Positions 49,017-59,457 of a stretch of 64,000 nt of DNA are shown here, one piece after another; the first letter of the stretch is position 1; every line of letters starts with the position of its first letter. The notes beneath the pieces were generated by a model, which saw only the letters and a list, made by a program, of their open reading frames with translations, searched no databases and was not told the origin of the DNA. Both the position numbers and the translations under genes were made by a program. The stretch spans positions 3,917 to 67,916 of the forward strand of contig JAZNZF010000001.1 in NCBI GenBank assembly GCA_045594795.1. The letters are read 5' to 3'. Source of the stretch: Acutalibacteraceae bacterium (lineage in GTDB: Bacteria > Bacillota > Clostridia > Oscillospirales > Acutalibacteraceae).

Positions 49017-49940
49017 TTATTTTTTGCTTTTACCGAGAGTCGAAAGCTTTTTAAACGTTAAAGGCCATACCGCACCTGCAAAAACAACAATCAAAAAATA
49101 CCTAATAGCATTATTAATAACCGTGTTACCAATTGCTAAATTAAGCAACGGTTTTAAACCTTCTTTTAGTGCTACGATAATTGCCAAGCCCACTAAAAGC
49201 TTAACTATTTGTCCAAGTAACGTTGCCTCGGTTTTGAAGTTTATATATCTGCTGTCAATGAAATATACAAAAAGCATACCTACAATGCACCCAAAAAGCT
49301 TGCAAAAGTTCTTTTGAGCCGATTGCAGATTTGCGGCATCAACGTCCGCTGGGAAATTATAAAACAAAACATAAAGTGTGCCAATAAAGGTTAAAATGGT
49401 AGTAGTGCCTAAAAACCACCACATAACCTTTTTATTCGTTCTGCCCTTTTCTATAATGGGTTTTAAAGCAACAATTAGAATAAGTGCTATAGCAACAGAT
49501 ACGATAACATCTTTTGGAGTGTGCACACCCAAATACATTCTTGAAAACGGTACAAGAATGCATAATATGATGCTGATTATACGTACAACACTTGACTTAT
49601 TCCAATAAGCCAATGCACCAAAAGTGCCTACCGAGCTTTGTGTGTGTCCGCTTGGGAAGGAATATCCGCCAGCCTCTGCTCGTGCAGATTCAACAATAGA
49701 AAAATTTTTATCAATAACCCAAGGCCTCGGAATTCTAAACGTTATCTTTAAAAACTGATTAATTACCGTGCCTAAAAATCCAACCGATAAAATATAATAA
49801 CCCTCAAATTTATCTATACACCAGAAGACCACTAAGGCGATAGCCATAAAAACCAATTCTTCGCCAAGACGAGTTATAACAGAAACAATCGAATCTAACC
49901 AAGGCGTACGAATTCCCTCTAAGAAATACAAAAAGCTCAT
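49017..49940 (-). CDS. PAP2-family membrane phosphatase
   Basis: KITFRIPRP, PSGH and SRMYLGVHTPKD acid-phosphatase motifs, with multiple TM helices. Confidence 0.8.
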   Translation of the reverse strand: MSFLYFLEGIRTPWLDSIVSVITRLGEELVFMAIALVVFWCIDKFEGYYILSVGFLGTVINQFLKITFRIPRPWVIDKNFSIVESARAEAGGYSFPSGHTQSSVGTFGALAYWNKSSVVRIISIILCILVPFSRMYLGVHTPKDVIVSVAIALILIVALKPIIEKGRTNKKVMWWFLGTTTILTFIGTLYVLFYNFPADVDAANLQSAQKNFCKLFGCIVGMLFVYFIDSRYINFKTEATLLGQIVKLLVGLAIIVALKEGLKPLLNLAIGNTVINNAIRYFLIVVFAGAVWPLTFKKLSTLGKSKK

Positions 49941-50016
49941 TTAATCACTCCTTATTAATTATAATAATATTATATCTATAATTAGCAAATTTTTCAAGTT
50001 TAAAAGCTATATACTA

Positions 50017-50052
50017 AATAAAAACCATAGCACTAAATTTAATGTGCTATGG
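50017..50052 (-). terminator. Rho-independent terminator after the 130-aa gene
   Basis: Minus strand reads CCATAGCAC-loop-GTGCTATGG followed by TTTTTATTT. Confidence 0.6.
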
Positions 50053-50063
50053 TAAAATATAAA

Positions 50064-50456
50064 CTAACTTATGCAAATAGGAACACTACAAGTATTTTTA
50101 GTGTTAACAATGCTTATTGGAACCGAATTGGAATTATTTACAAAATAATTATAAAAAGTTCTATCTACTTTAGGGCTGCCGATAAATATATGATATGGCT
50201 TTAGTTTATTGATATAGGAAACCAAAGCAGTAGTGGGATTTTCACTATAAATAATATCAATATCGCAGCCAGTAATATGAGATAATTTATTAAGCACCTT
50301 AAGGTCGTTAGCTCTACACTTTGCTTCTGCCTTATCTTTTTGTGATGTAACAACTATTAAATTAGCGTCAATTAGTTTTGCTAATTTTGATGCAGCATAT
50401 ATTATCTCTTTACAGCTTATTTGTGCAGTAACACAGGCAACAATATTTCTTTGCAT
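50064..50456 (-). CDS. Hypothetical protein, weakly USP/KdpD-Usp-like (adenine-nucleotide alpha-hydrolase fold?)
   Basis: 130-aa ORF with its own terminator. N-terminal IVACVT...LIVVT beta-alpha pattern; the assignment is weak. Confidence 0.5.
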   Translation of the reverse strand: MQRNIVACVTAQISCKEIIYAASKLAKLIDANLIVVTSQKDKAEAKCRANDLKVLNKLSHITGCDIDIIYSENPTTALVSYINKLKPYHIFIGSPKVDRTFYNYFVNNSNSVPISIVNTKNTCSVPICIS

Positions 50457-50529
50457 TCATTACGCCACCTTTCAATAACAATACTACATTACAAAAATTT
50501 CCTAATTATATTAAATTAATTAAATATTT

Positions 50530-50569
50530 GTAAATAAAAGCCGACTCTACATTTATATGCAGAATCGAC
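50530..50569 (-). terminator. Rho-independent terminator after aspS
   Basis: Minus strand has a 12-bp stem GTCGATTCTGCA/TGTAGAGTCGGC (with G-T pairs), loop TATAAA, followed by TTTTATTT. Confidence 0.6.
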
Positions 50570-50578
50570 TTCTAATAG

Positions 50579-52357
50579 CTATTTTTCAATTATTTTAATT
50601 GATAAGTCGGTTAGTTGAGTATCGTCAACTGTCGAGGGGGAACCACTCATAAGTTCGCCTGAGTTTGCAACCTTGGGGAATGCAACAACCTCTCTTAACG
50701 ATTCACAATTTAGCATTAGCATGCATAGTCTATCAAGACCTATTGCCATACCGCCGTGAGGTGGTGCGCCATATTTAAATGCATCGGTAAGGAAGCCAAA
50801 TTTTTCGTGTGCTTCTTCTTCAGTAAGCCCAAGTGATGCAAACATTTTGCCCTGTAGATGCGGGTCTGTAATACGTATCGAGCCACTCGAAAGCTCGATG
50901 CCGTTAAGCACAAGGTCGAAACACTTTGCGTATACTTTCTCACGGTCACTATCAAGATACTGAACACTCTCATCTGTAGGTGCAGTAAACGGATGGTGCA
51001 TAGCAACATAAGTATCATTTTCTTCGTCGTACTCAAAGAATGGGAACTCGGTAATCCAAAGGAAGTTCCATTTGTTTTTTGGAATAATATCAAGCTTTTT
51101 AGCAACCTCTAAACGTAACGCACCAAGCACTGATAAAGTAATATTCTTTTTATCTGCAATAAAGAAAACAACATCACCTTTTTTAGCATCAGTAAGCTCA
51201 AAAATGGTCTGCATTTCGTCTTCTGTCATAAACTTTGCAAACGAGCATGTTGGTGTATCCTCAACCCAACGAATGTAGCCAAGACCTTTAGCACCGATAC
51301 CTTTAACCATTTCGGTTAGCTTATCAATTTCTTTACGCGAAAGTGTTGCCGCGCCACCTTTAGCATTGATAGCCCTAACGGTACCACCACTCGCAATCGC
51401 GCCCGAGAAAACGGAAAATCCGCAGTTTTCTACCGCCTTTGATACGTCTATAATTTTCATATCAAAACGTGTGTCAGGCTTGTCCGATCCATACTGCTCG
51501 ATAGCGTCGTTATATTTCATACGAGTAATAGGGGTCTCGATTTCAACATCTAAAATCTCTTTGAACAGACGTTTTACAAAGCCCTCGTTTACCGAAAGAA
51601 TATCGTCCATCTCAACGAAAGACATCTCAAGGTCGATTTGTGTGAACTCGGGTTGTCTGTCAGCACGAAGGTCTTCATCACGGAAGCAACGGGCAATTTG
51701 ATAGTATCTATCCATACCCGAAACCATCAGCAGTTGCTTGTAAATCTGAGGTGACTGTGGTAATGCAAAGAACTTGCCTTCGTGAATCCTTGAAGGAACA
51801 AGGTAATCACGTGCGCCTTCGGGAGTAGACTTAACGAGAATAGGTGTTTCAATTTCGATAAAACCGTTCTCATCGTAATAATCGCGAACGACCTTGGTAA
51901 TCTTATGCCTTAACATAAGGTTGTTTTGTAAAACGGGTCTGCGTAAATCTAAAAAGCGATATTTTAAGCGAAGCTCTTCTTTAACGTCGGTTTGATTTAG
52001 TATTTCAAACGGGGGTGTTTCAGCCTTGCCCAAAACCTTAAGCTCGGTAACAAATATTTCAATTTTACCAGTAGGGATTTCATTGTTCTCTGCAGAACGA
52101 TGGCGAACAACACCCTTTGCCATTAATACATATTCGGAACGAACCGAGAAGGCTTTATCAAAAACCGCGCGGTCGGTTGCATCATCAAACGCAAGCTGTA
52201 CTATGCCCGTTCTATCTCTTAGGTCAATAAAAATAAGCTGACCCAAATCGCGCTGACGCTGTACCCAACCACAAACAACAACCTCGCGGCCCTCATCATT
52301 GGTTGTAAAGGTACCACAATAGTCGGTGCGTTTCATTCCGTTCATTAAATCTAACAT
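50579..52357 (-). CDS. aspS: Aspartate--tRNA ligase
   Basis: 592 aa, class II motifs (FRDEDLRADRQPEFTQID) and a bacterial insertion domain. Confidence 0.95.
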   Translation of the reverse strand: MLDLMNGMKRTDYCGTFTTNDEGREVVVCGWVQRQRDLGQLIFIDLRDRTGIVQLAFDDATDRAVFDKAFSVRSEYVLMAKGVVRHRSAENNEIPTGKIEIFVTELKVLGKAETPPFEILNQTDVKEELRLKYRFLDLRRPVLQNNLMLRHKITKVVRDYYDENGFIEIETPILVKSTPEGARDYLVPSRIHEGKFFALPQSPQIYKQLLMVSGMDRYYQIARCFRDEDLRADRQPEFTQIDLEMSFVEMDDILSVNEGFVKRLFKEILDVEIETPITRMKYNDAIEQYGSDKPDTRFDMKIIDVSKAVENCGFSVFSGAIASGGTVRAINAKGGAATLSRKEIDKLTEMVKGIGAKGLGYIRWVEDTPTCSFAKFMTEDEMQTIFELTDAKKGDVVFFIADKKNITLSVLGALRLEVAKKLDIIPKNKWNFLWITEFPFFEYDEENDTYVAMHHPFTAPTDESVQYLDSDREKVYAKCFDLVLNGIELSSGSIRITDPHLQGKMFASLGLTEEEAHEKFGFLTDAFKYGAPPHGGMAIGLDRLCMLMLNCESLREVVAFPKVANSGELMSGSPSTVDDTQLTDLSIKIIEK

Positions 52358-52368
52358 AATAACACTTC

Positions 52369-53706
52369 CTATTTTATAGTTGACAAAATGCCATCTAAAT
52401 CACTAATCGACTCTGTCAAGTTATCCATAGCGCAATTAACCTGCGCGCCGTATATTGCAGAGATTAAACCATCAGGCAAAGACGCCTCAATCTGTTCTCC
52501 GGTTTGCATATTCTTTAAAACGGCAGTTTTAGAGTTAAGCTCGTTCTCACCGATAATAACGCTAAACTTCGAGGATATTTTATTTGCATATTTCATCTGT
52601 GCTTTTACACTGCGCGAAACTATATCTGTTTCTACTGAAAAGCCTTCACTACGTAGCATTCCTGCAAGCTTGGTAGAACAAACTCTTGCCTCATCGTCCA
52701 TAGCACCTATATATAGGTCGCAGGTTGGTGGTTTTGGGAACTCAGTATTTTGGTTTTCCATAACAAGCAACAAACGTTCCATACCCATAGCAAAACCAAG
52801 CGATGGTGTATACGCGCCACCCATTTGCGATACTAAACCATCATATCTACCGCCACCGCAGACTGTTGACTGCGCACCGATAGAGCCCGAAACAAACTCG
52901 AAAACCGTTCTAGTATAATAGTCAAGTCCGCGAACTATTTTTGGATTAACCGTAAAGCTAATTTCTGCTGCCGAAAGATGCTTTTTAACAAGCTCGAAGT
53001 GCTCCTTACAGTCATCGCATAAATACTGAATAATCGTTGGTGCATCCTCGCAAATTTCACTGCAAACGGGAGATTTACAGTCAAATATACGCATAGGATT
53101 ACGCTCTAATCTATCATTGCAGGTTGCACATAAATTACTTTTTTTGTTATTAAAATACTCAATTAGTGCCTTGTGATATTTTGCGCGACATTCGGGACAA
53201 CCAATAGAGTTAATTTCTAACGAAAGGTCTTTAATACCAAGATTATTTAAAACATTGTTAGCAAGCAAAATAATCTCTGCGTCGGCAGAAGCATCTGCAG
53301 TACCAAAACACTCTACGCCGAACTGGTGGAATTCACGCAATCTACCTGCTTGTGGCTTTTCGTAACGATAGCAAGAGCCAACGTAACAAGTTTTAACAGG
53401 AAGAGTGCCACAAATATTTCCGTGCTCTATCATAGAACGTACCGTGCCCGCAGTAATTTCGGGGCGCAAAGTGATAGAACGATTACCCTTATCGTTAAAG
53501 GTATACATCTCTTTTTGAACAACGTCGGTAGTGTCACCAACACTGCGTAAAAAAACCTCAGTATGCTCGAATACAGGCGTACGAACCTCTTTATATCCGT
53601 AAAGAGATGCAGTTTCAAGCATAGTTTTTTCAAGATATTGCCATTTATAACTATCCTCAGGAAGCACGTCTGACGTGCCGCGAGGTGCTTTGTTAATTTC
53701 AGCCAT
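52369..53706 (-). CDS. hisS: Histidine--tRNA ligase
   Basis: Class II HisRS blocks (MYTFNDKGNRSITLRPE, GGGRYDGL). The ATG at 53706 has better GGAAG spacing than 53712. Confidence 0.95.
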   Translation of the reverse strand: MAEINKAPRGTSDVLPEDSYKWQYLEKTMLETASLYGYKEVRTPVFEHTEVFLRSVGDTTDVVQKEMYTFNDKGNRSITLRPEITAGTVRSMIEHGNICGTLPVKTCYVGSCYRYEKPQAGRLREFHQFGVECFGTADASADAEIILLANNVLNNLGIKDLSLEINSIGCPECRAKYHKALIEYFNNKKSNLCATCNDRLERNPMRIFDCKSPVCSEICEDAPTIIQYLCDDCKEHFELVKKHLSAAEISFTVNPKIVRGLDYYTRTVFEFVSGSIGAQSTVCGGGRYDGLVSQMGGAYTPSLGFAMGMERLLLVMENQNTEFPKPPTCDLYIGAMDDEARVCSTKLAGMLRSEGFSVETDIVSRSVKAQMKYANKISSKFSVIIGENELNSKTAVLKNMQTGEQIEASLPDGLISAIYGAQVNCAMDNLTESISDLDGILSTIK

Positions 53707-53733
53707 TACCATCTTCCATTCAATATATTAATC

Positions 53734-53760
53734 AATAAAGGGCGGTATAGTAAACCGCCC
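53734..53760 (-). terminator. Hairpin plus T-rich tract between mgsA and hisS
   Basis: Minus strand reads GGGCGGT-TTACTAT-ACCGCCC followed by TTTATT, 5 nt after the mgsA stop and about 30 nt before the hisS ATG. Confidence 0.5.
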
Positions 53761-53765
53761 GAATA

Positions 53766-54173
53766 TTACTCTTTATCTGCCCTAACAATTTCGCGCCATT
53801 CAAGGTCGCCGCGTTCGAGACCGTGAATAAGCATTTCGGCAGTTGCAATGTTTGTAGCAACAGGAATATTATGAACATCGCAAAGGCGAAGTATAGCCAT
53901 TTCGTCGGGCTCGTGGGGTTTGGGGTTTAGAGGGTCGCGGAATAATAAAACTAAATCTATTTCATCACAACCAATGCGTGAAGCAATCTGCTGAGCGCCG
54001 CCCTGATTACCGCTTAAAAATTTAATAACATCAAGGCCTGTTGATTCAGATACAAGCTTACCGGTTGTGCCGGTAGCTATTATATTATGCCTGCTTAAAA
54101 CACCACAATAGGCAATACAAAACTGCACCATAAGTTCTTTTTTAGCGTCATGAGCAATTAATGCAATGTTCAA
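53766..54173 (-). CDS. mgsA: Methylglyoxal synthase
   Basis: 135 aa with [10 protein letters not shown] and ATGTTG motifs. Confidence 0.9.
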   Translation of the reverse strand: MNIALIAHDAKKELMVQFCIAYCGVLSRHNIIATGTTGKLVSESTGLDVIKFLSGNQGGAQQIASRIGCDEIDLVLLFRDPLNPKPHEPDEMAILRLCDVHNIPVATNIATAEMLIHGLERGDLEWREIVRADKE

Positions 54174-54194
54174 GTTATATCCCTCCGAAAAAAA

Positions 54195-54932
54195 TTATAA
54201 ATTGTTAAGCTTTGGCAGCGGTACGTTTGATGATAACAAACGTTTTGCAACCCTATAAAATGCTTTAAAAGATAAACAGCGTTCGTATAGCTTTCCATTT
54301 GCGCTAAGCAACGACAGCTGTGGATCGTAAGGTATTACGCCCTTTAGCATTAAGCCTGTTTTATCAACAATGTCATCAAGCGACATTACGCCATTATGCT
54401 TATGATTAAAGTAATCAAACTTATTTAAAATTAAAAATTTGTTGTTAACATTAGCCGAGCTAAGCACAGCTTCTATAGCGGTGGCACTTCTGCAACCTAT
54501 TGCATTAAGTGGCTCTACTACAACTACGCTTGAAAACTTTGGTAACGCACGATAAAGCTCGGTATCAATGCCGGCGGGACAGTCGACAATAACAACATCG
54601 AAATCGTCTGAAACCGAGTATAAAAACTTACCAAAAAGCTCTTTATTAAGGGTACCTGGTGAAGCCGGTGCAGGAATTAAATTAATATTGCTATTAACAT
54701 GCAACATTGCCTCGTGATACGGTTTGTTATATAAAATAATATCATTAAGGTCGAAAACAAGCCTATCACTAACACCAAGCATTAGGTCAAGACAACGAAG
54801 ACCCTCGTCAATATCAATAAGCAGAACAGTTTTACCAAGCTTAGAAAAAGCGGTAGCTAAACCAACACTTACAGTAGATTTGCCTGTACCACCCTTGCCG
54901 GATGTTACAACAGATAACATACCCATAAGCAT
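54195..54932 (-). CDS. minD: MinD/ParA-family ATPase (MinD-like)
   Basis: Deviant Walker A SGKGGTGKST and a MinD-like DIDEGLRCLDLMLG block. Confidence 0.7.
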   Translation of the reverse strand: MLMGMLSVVTSGKGGTGKSTVSVGLATAFSKLGKTVLLIDIDEGLRCLDLMLGVSDRLVFDLNDIILYNKPYHEAMLHVNSNINLIPAPASPGTLNKELFGKFLYSVSDDFDVVIVDCPAGIDTELYRALPKFSSVVVVEPLNAIGCRSATAIEAVLSSANVNNKFLILNKFDYFNHKHNGVMSLDDIVDKTGLMLKGVIPYDPQLSLLSANGKLYERCLSFKAFYRVAKRLLSSNVPLPKLNNL

Positions 54933-54997
54933 TGCCGCCTTTCCTGAAAGTTGATTTTTGGTAATTATACCACATTTAAAATTATTTGTAAAGGTAG

Positions 54998-57001
54998 CTA
55001 TTTTAAAATATTGTCGGGTACGGTGTCATTTTTTTCATTATACTGTTTTAAGAAATATTCATTAAAAATTTCCTTAACAACCGATGCACTTATATAACTT
55101 TTTAAGCCATGCTCGATAACAACCGAAACCGCAATTTCGGGTGAATCAAAGGGTGCAAAAGCTATAAACACACTATGGTCACCGCCCGGGTTTTCAGCAG
55201 TACCACTTTTACCGCCGACCTTGATTTCATAATTATCGAAAACAGTGCTACCTGTACCCTCTGTAGTAACCGAAAGCATACCGTTTTTAACCACTGAGAA
55301 TACCGAATCACTAAATTCAATTTTGTTAAGAACGGTAGGTTTATATGTTTTAACCGTTTCGGTTAGTGAGTAGTTTTTAATTTCTTTTAAAAGACTTGCC
55401 TTATACCTTGTACCATTATTGGCAATAACGCTTGTATACATACAAAGCTGAAGCGGAGTGAACATATTATCCGACTGACCTATCGCGGCACTAAGGGTCA
55501 TACCGGGCGACCAAATAGAACCAACACTATCAGAATAGTCTGAACCGGCAAGAATGCCTGCACTCTCAGGAACTTCTACGCCCGTTTTAGTTCCAAGACC
55601 GTACTGCAAGCAATATTTATTCATATCGGTTATACCAATTTTTCTGCCAAGATCGTAGAAATAATAGTTACACGAAACCGAAAGTGCGTTAACTATATTA
55701 ACGTCGCGATGATAACCCATGCAGACAGGTTGAGAATCCTCATAATAATCATAAATCTGTTTGCAGTATACCGTTTCATTTGGAGTGATTTTGTTGAGCT
55801 GTAATCCAATACTTGCAACTGCCGGTTTAAAGCAAGAACCCGGCGGATACGTGCCAAGAAAAGCGCGGTTAAGTAAAGGATTATCGCTATTATTTACAAG
55901 GCTTGAATAATCCTCAAAATACTGCTCCATAGTGTAATTAGGATAGTTAGCAGCGGTAAGAATATTACCTGTTTTAACCTCACTAACAACTACTGCCGCG
56001 CCCGAAATTTCGCTGTTTTTATTTTTAAGCTCTACTAATAAATTAGATAACGCATTCTGTGCAACAAGCTGTAATGTTTTATCTAACGACAATATAACTG
56101 TATTGCCCGGTATAGCCTCCTTAGTAATTTCTGATGAGATAATATTCCCACTACCGTCAAGATTATAGGTAATCTCGCCGTCGGTTCCTCTAAGATAGCT
56201 TTCGTAAGCATACTCTATACCGCTTACGCCAACCTTATCGTTATATGAATAACCCTTGCTTTTATATTCTTCCCAACTTTCAACTGGTATGGCGCCAACA
56301 GAGCCGATTAGGTGTGTTGCGACGTTACCACCGGCGTAATCTCTTACGGGAACGGTACTTATTTCTACACCATTTAGTTTTTCCGATGACTCGTATATAG
56401 CCGTCATAATTTCGCTACCAACGTCTTCTGCAAAGGTGTACGGGAAAGAAACGGAAAAATCTGAAATTTCCATTGAATATCTGACGCCCATTATTGTTCG
56501 CTGTAACTTTGAGTTTAATCCCTCTAACTGATAGCGTGTAACCATACTATCATAGCAATTTTGCGCCGTTGCGTAGCTGTTTAAGCCGAGCGTAGTTTTC
56601 AACTGTGCAATTTTATTGTTGTCTTTAGTCTTAAAACTTTCGTTATCCTTAAGAGGTAATTTATCTATCCACTCGCATTTTTTAGTTGCAAGATAATTAG
56701 TTAAAATGGTAATTGTAGAATTGATATTATCCATATCAATATATGCCATATTAAAGACAATATTATAGCCGTCGCGGTTTACCGCAATTGGTCTTCCATA
56801 GGTGTCAAGAATCTCACCGCGTGCCGCCTTAATTACCGAGGTTTGTTTTGAAATGCCATTGGCTTGAGCCAAATATTTATCGCGGTCGATTATCTGTAAA
56901 TCAACAATGCGAACAGTGTAAATAACAAAAACCGCAATAAGAACAAAAGAAAGTGCAACATTGCGGATATTAAGTTTTTTCTTACTCCTCAATTTTTGCA
57001 C
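54998..57001 (-). CDS. mrdA: Penicillin-binding protein 2 (elongation transpeptidase)
   Basis: N-terminal TM helix, PBP dimerisation domain, SxxK (SCFK) and KSGT motifs. Located downstream of mreD. Confidence 0.85.
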   Translation of the reverse strand: MQKLRSKKKLNIRNVALSFVLIAVFVIYTVRIVDLQIIDRDKYLAQANGISKQTSVIKAARGEILDTYGRPIAVNRDGYNIVFNMAYIDMDNINSTITILTNYLATKKCEWIDKLPLKDNESFKTKDNNKIAQLKTTLGLNSYATAQNCYDSMVTRYQLEGLNSKLQRTIMGVRYSMEISDFSVSFPYTFAEDVGSEIMTAIYESSEKLNGVEISTVPVRDYAGGNVATHLIGSVGAIPVESWEEYKSKGYSYNDKVGVSGIEYAYESYLRGTDGEITYNLDGSGNIISSEITKEAIPGNTVILSLDKTLQLVAQNALSNLLVELKNKNSEISGAAVVVSEVKTGNILTAANYPNYTMEQYFEDYSSLVNNSDNPLLNRAFLGTYPPGSCFKPAVASIGLQLNKITPNETVYCKQIYDYYEDSQPVCMGYHRDVNIVNALSVSCNYYFYDLGRKIGITDMNKYCLQYGLGTKTGVEVPESAGILAGSDYSDSVGSIWSPGMTLSAAIGQSDNMFTPLQLCMYTSVIANNGTRYKASLLKEIKNYSLTETVKTYKPTVLNKIEFSDSVFSVVKNGMLSVTTEGTGSTVFDNYEIKVGGKSGTAENPGGDHSVFIAFAPFDSPEIAVSVVIEHGLKSYISASVVKEIFNEYFLKQYNEKNDTVPDNILK

Positions 57002-57012
57002 TCCTTAATACT

Positions 57013-57534
57013 TTAATTTTTATTTAATAGCTGTTTTTTACGGATTTTAAAAAATAATAACAATAAAAAATATAAAAACACAGAAAAAAATACAGTAGAA
57101 AAAAACGCAGGAATATAACACAAAGTTAGTGTTGGTATATCAAATCTGTTTATTACCCACAAACCGAAATAATATAGTAACGTAGAAATAGAGCTGACAA
57201 TTAACGATGCACGAAAATTGTTATTTATTACAAACTGTACCAGCACTCCACCAAAATAGCCTGCAAGTAACATAAAAATACCGTTATAGCATATAGTATC
57301 AGCAGCAACAGCATCAACAGCCGTGCCTATAAAAAAACCAAACACCGCACCTACCCTATCTCCAAAGAACATACCGCTGAACAAAGCAGCAGGCAGCATA
57401 AGTTGAGGAAAATAAAGATTCTTTGGAAAAACACCGTCGGTGTATTGAATTACATATATAACAAAATACACAATAGAAACAGCCACAATAAGTGGATAAT
57501 CTAAAGCCTTATTTCTTTTCATATTATACACCAA
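57013..57534 (-). CDS. mreD: Rod shape-determining protein MreD
   Basis: 173-aa polytopic membrane protein directly after mreC. Confidence 0.7.
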   Translation of the reverse strand: MVYNMKRNKALDYPLIVAVSIVYFVIYVIQYTDGVFPKNLYFPQLMLPAALFSGMFFGDRVGAVFGFFIGTAVDAVAADTICYNGIFMLLAGYFGGVLVQFVINNNFRASLIVSSISTLLYYFGLWVINRFDIPTLTLCYIPAFFSTVFFSVFLYFLLLLFFKIRKKQLLNKN

Positions 57535-57551
57535 CTTTACACGGGTGAGCG

Positions 57552-58403
57552 CTATTTTGCAGTAATAGAACTTTGACCCTCAAAATAAGTAATTACCATA
57601 ACATCTTTAACGTTTAAAATATCAACAGAACAATCAATAGTAGCCGTGATGGATGTTTGATTTTCATCAGACGACAGATGACTAATTGTACCTACAACCA
57701 AACCTTCTGGGAAAATGCCGCCACCTGCGGTTACAATTATATCGTTTAACGCAACCGAACAGCTGCGCGGCAGATTATAAAAATAGCTTTGACCGTTCTT
57801 TGAAAGCTTTGGAGAACCACTAACAATACCAACGTCGGATGTGCGGTAATCTAAACAACCGACCTTGATTTTGTCGCTAAGCAAGGTAGTAACTTTAGAA
57901 TAGCTTGGCCCTACCTCAGTAACATATCCCACCAACCCTGATGAAGTAATCACAGGATCACCCGCCGTAATACCGTTTACCGAGCCTTTATTAATGGTGA
58001 ACATATACCCACTATCACCCATATCACGCGAAATAAGGGTTGCATTTACAAAATTAAAATCCTTATTATCTTCCTTAATTTCAAGAAATCCCTTTAAAAA
58101 CTCGTTCTCTTTTTTAATGTTATTATAATCGACCACTTGCGAAGAAAGTTCGTCTACCCTTTTTTGCAACTCGTCATTTTTTTGCATAAGCTCTGTGCCG
58201 GTGTTCAAACGTGTATTTATATCATTAATACTATTGGAAATATATGTGGCAAAAGAACGAATTGGCTGTGTAATCGAGCCGATAATGCTTGCTTGTGGTG
58301 AAATTGTTCCGCCAATAATGCGAATAATTATTGAAATAACTATCAGGCAGGCAACAACTCCACATATTATTTTAAAACGTTTACTTCTAAGAAAAAATCT
58401 CAC
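57552..58403 (-). CDS. mreC: Rod shape-determining protein MreC
   Basis: N-terminal TM helix, coiled coil, then a beta-rich domain, following mreB. GTG at 58403 lies 9 nt after AGGGGTG; the ORF-track start is 58415. Confidence 0.8.
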   Translation of the reverse strand: MRFFLRSKRFKIICGVVACLIVISIIIRIIGGTISPQASIIGSITQPIRSFATYISNSINDINTRLNTGTELMQKNDELQKRVDELSSQVVDYNNIKKENEFLKGFLEIKEDNKDFNFVNATLISRDMGDSGYMFTINKGSVNGITAGDPVITSSGLVGYVTEVGPSYSKVTTLLSDKIKVGCLDYRTSDVGIVSGSPKLSKNGQSYFYNLPRSCSVALNDIIVTAGGGIFPEGLVVGTISHLSSDENQTSITATIDCSVDILNVKDVMVITYFEGQSSITAK

Positions 58404-58435
58404 GGTGTCCCCCACCCCTTTCTAATTAACAATTA

Positions 58436-59455
58436 TTATCTGTATCTTTTACTCTTTCTTGCAATATAAGTATCAAACGTCTCTAATTTATCAAGCCATT
58501 TTGAAACGCCTAAAACAGCGCAATCCAAAGGATTATCGGCTACAGTAACAAATATACCTGTTTCTTGCGAGATTAATTTATCAAGACCACGAAGCAGCGC
58601 ACCGCCACCCGTAAGCATAATGCCTCTGTCAATTATATCGGAAGCGAGTTCTGGCGGAGTTTTTTCAAGCGTAGAACGGATTGCATCAACTATTTGCATA
58701 ACAGTATCGGTAATTGCTTCGCGTACCTCTTCAGAATTAATTTCAATGTTCTTTGGTAATCCGTCAAGAAGATTTCTGCCGCGCACCTCAATAGTCTGCT
58801 CATCATCGTACGGAAGTGCGGAGCCTAATTTAATTTTAATTTCCTCGGCAGTACGTTCGCCAATTAACATATTATGCTTTTTGCGTATAAAGTTAATAAT
58901 TGCATCATCTAAATCATCGCCCGCAACACGCACAGATTGTGATGTTACAATATCACCAAGTGCAATAACAGCAACCTCTGACGTGCCACCGCCAATATCT
59001 ACTATCATATTACCTTGCGCATCGTTAACATCAATACCCGCGCCAAGAGCAGCAGCCATTGGCTCTTCAATTAAATCGGTATCACTTGAGCCGGCAAGCC
59101 TTGCGGCATCAAGAACAGCGCGGCTTTCAACCTCGGTAACACCGGCAGGGATACTTACAAGAACGCGTGCTCGAGAAAAAAGCGAACCCTTTAGCGCCTC
59201 TTTAATAAACCTTTTTAGCATGGCAGCTGTAACGTCGAAGTCGGCAATAACACCATCTTTTAAGGGACGAACTGCAACGATAGAGCCAGGAGTTCTGCCA
59301 ATCATTTCCTTAGCCTCGGTACCTACCGCCTTTACAGCATCACTTCGAACATCGTACGCTACAACCGACGGCTCGCGCATTGTGATGCCTTTACCTTTTA
59401 TACAAACCAAGGTATTAGCAGTGCCTAAATCTATACCAATATCTCTTGTAAACAT
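58436..59455 (-). CDS. mreB: Rod shape-determining actin homologue MreB
   Basis: DIGIDLGTANT N-terminus and actin-fold motifs. Confidence 0.95.
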   Translation of the reverse strand: MFTRDIGIDLGTANTLVCIKGKGITMREPSVVAYDVRSDAVKAVGTEAKEMIGRTPGSIVAVRPLKDGVIADFDVTAAMLKRFIKEALKGSLFSRARVLVSIPAGVTEVESRAVLDAARLAGSSDTDLIEEPMAAALGAGIDVNDAQGNMIVDIGGGTSEVAVIALGDIVTSQSVRVAGDDLDDAIINFIRKKHNMLIGERTAEEIKIKLGSALPYDDEQTIEVRGRNLLDGLPKNIEINSEEVREAITDTVMQIVDAIRSTLEKTPPELASDIIDRGIMLTGGGALLRGLDKLISQETGIFVTVADNPLDCAVLGVSKWLDKLETFDTYIARKSKRYR

Positions 59456-59457
59456 AA

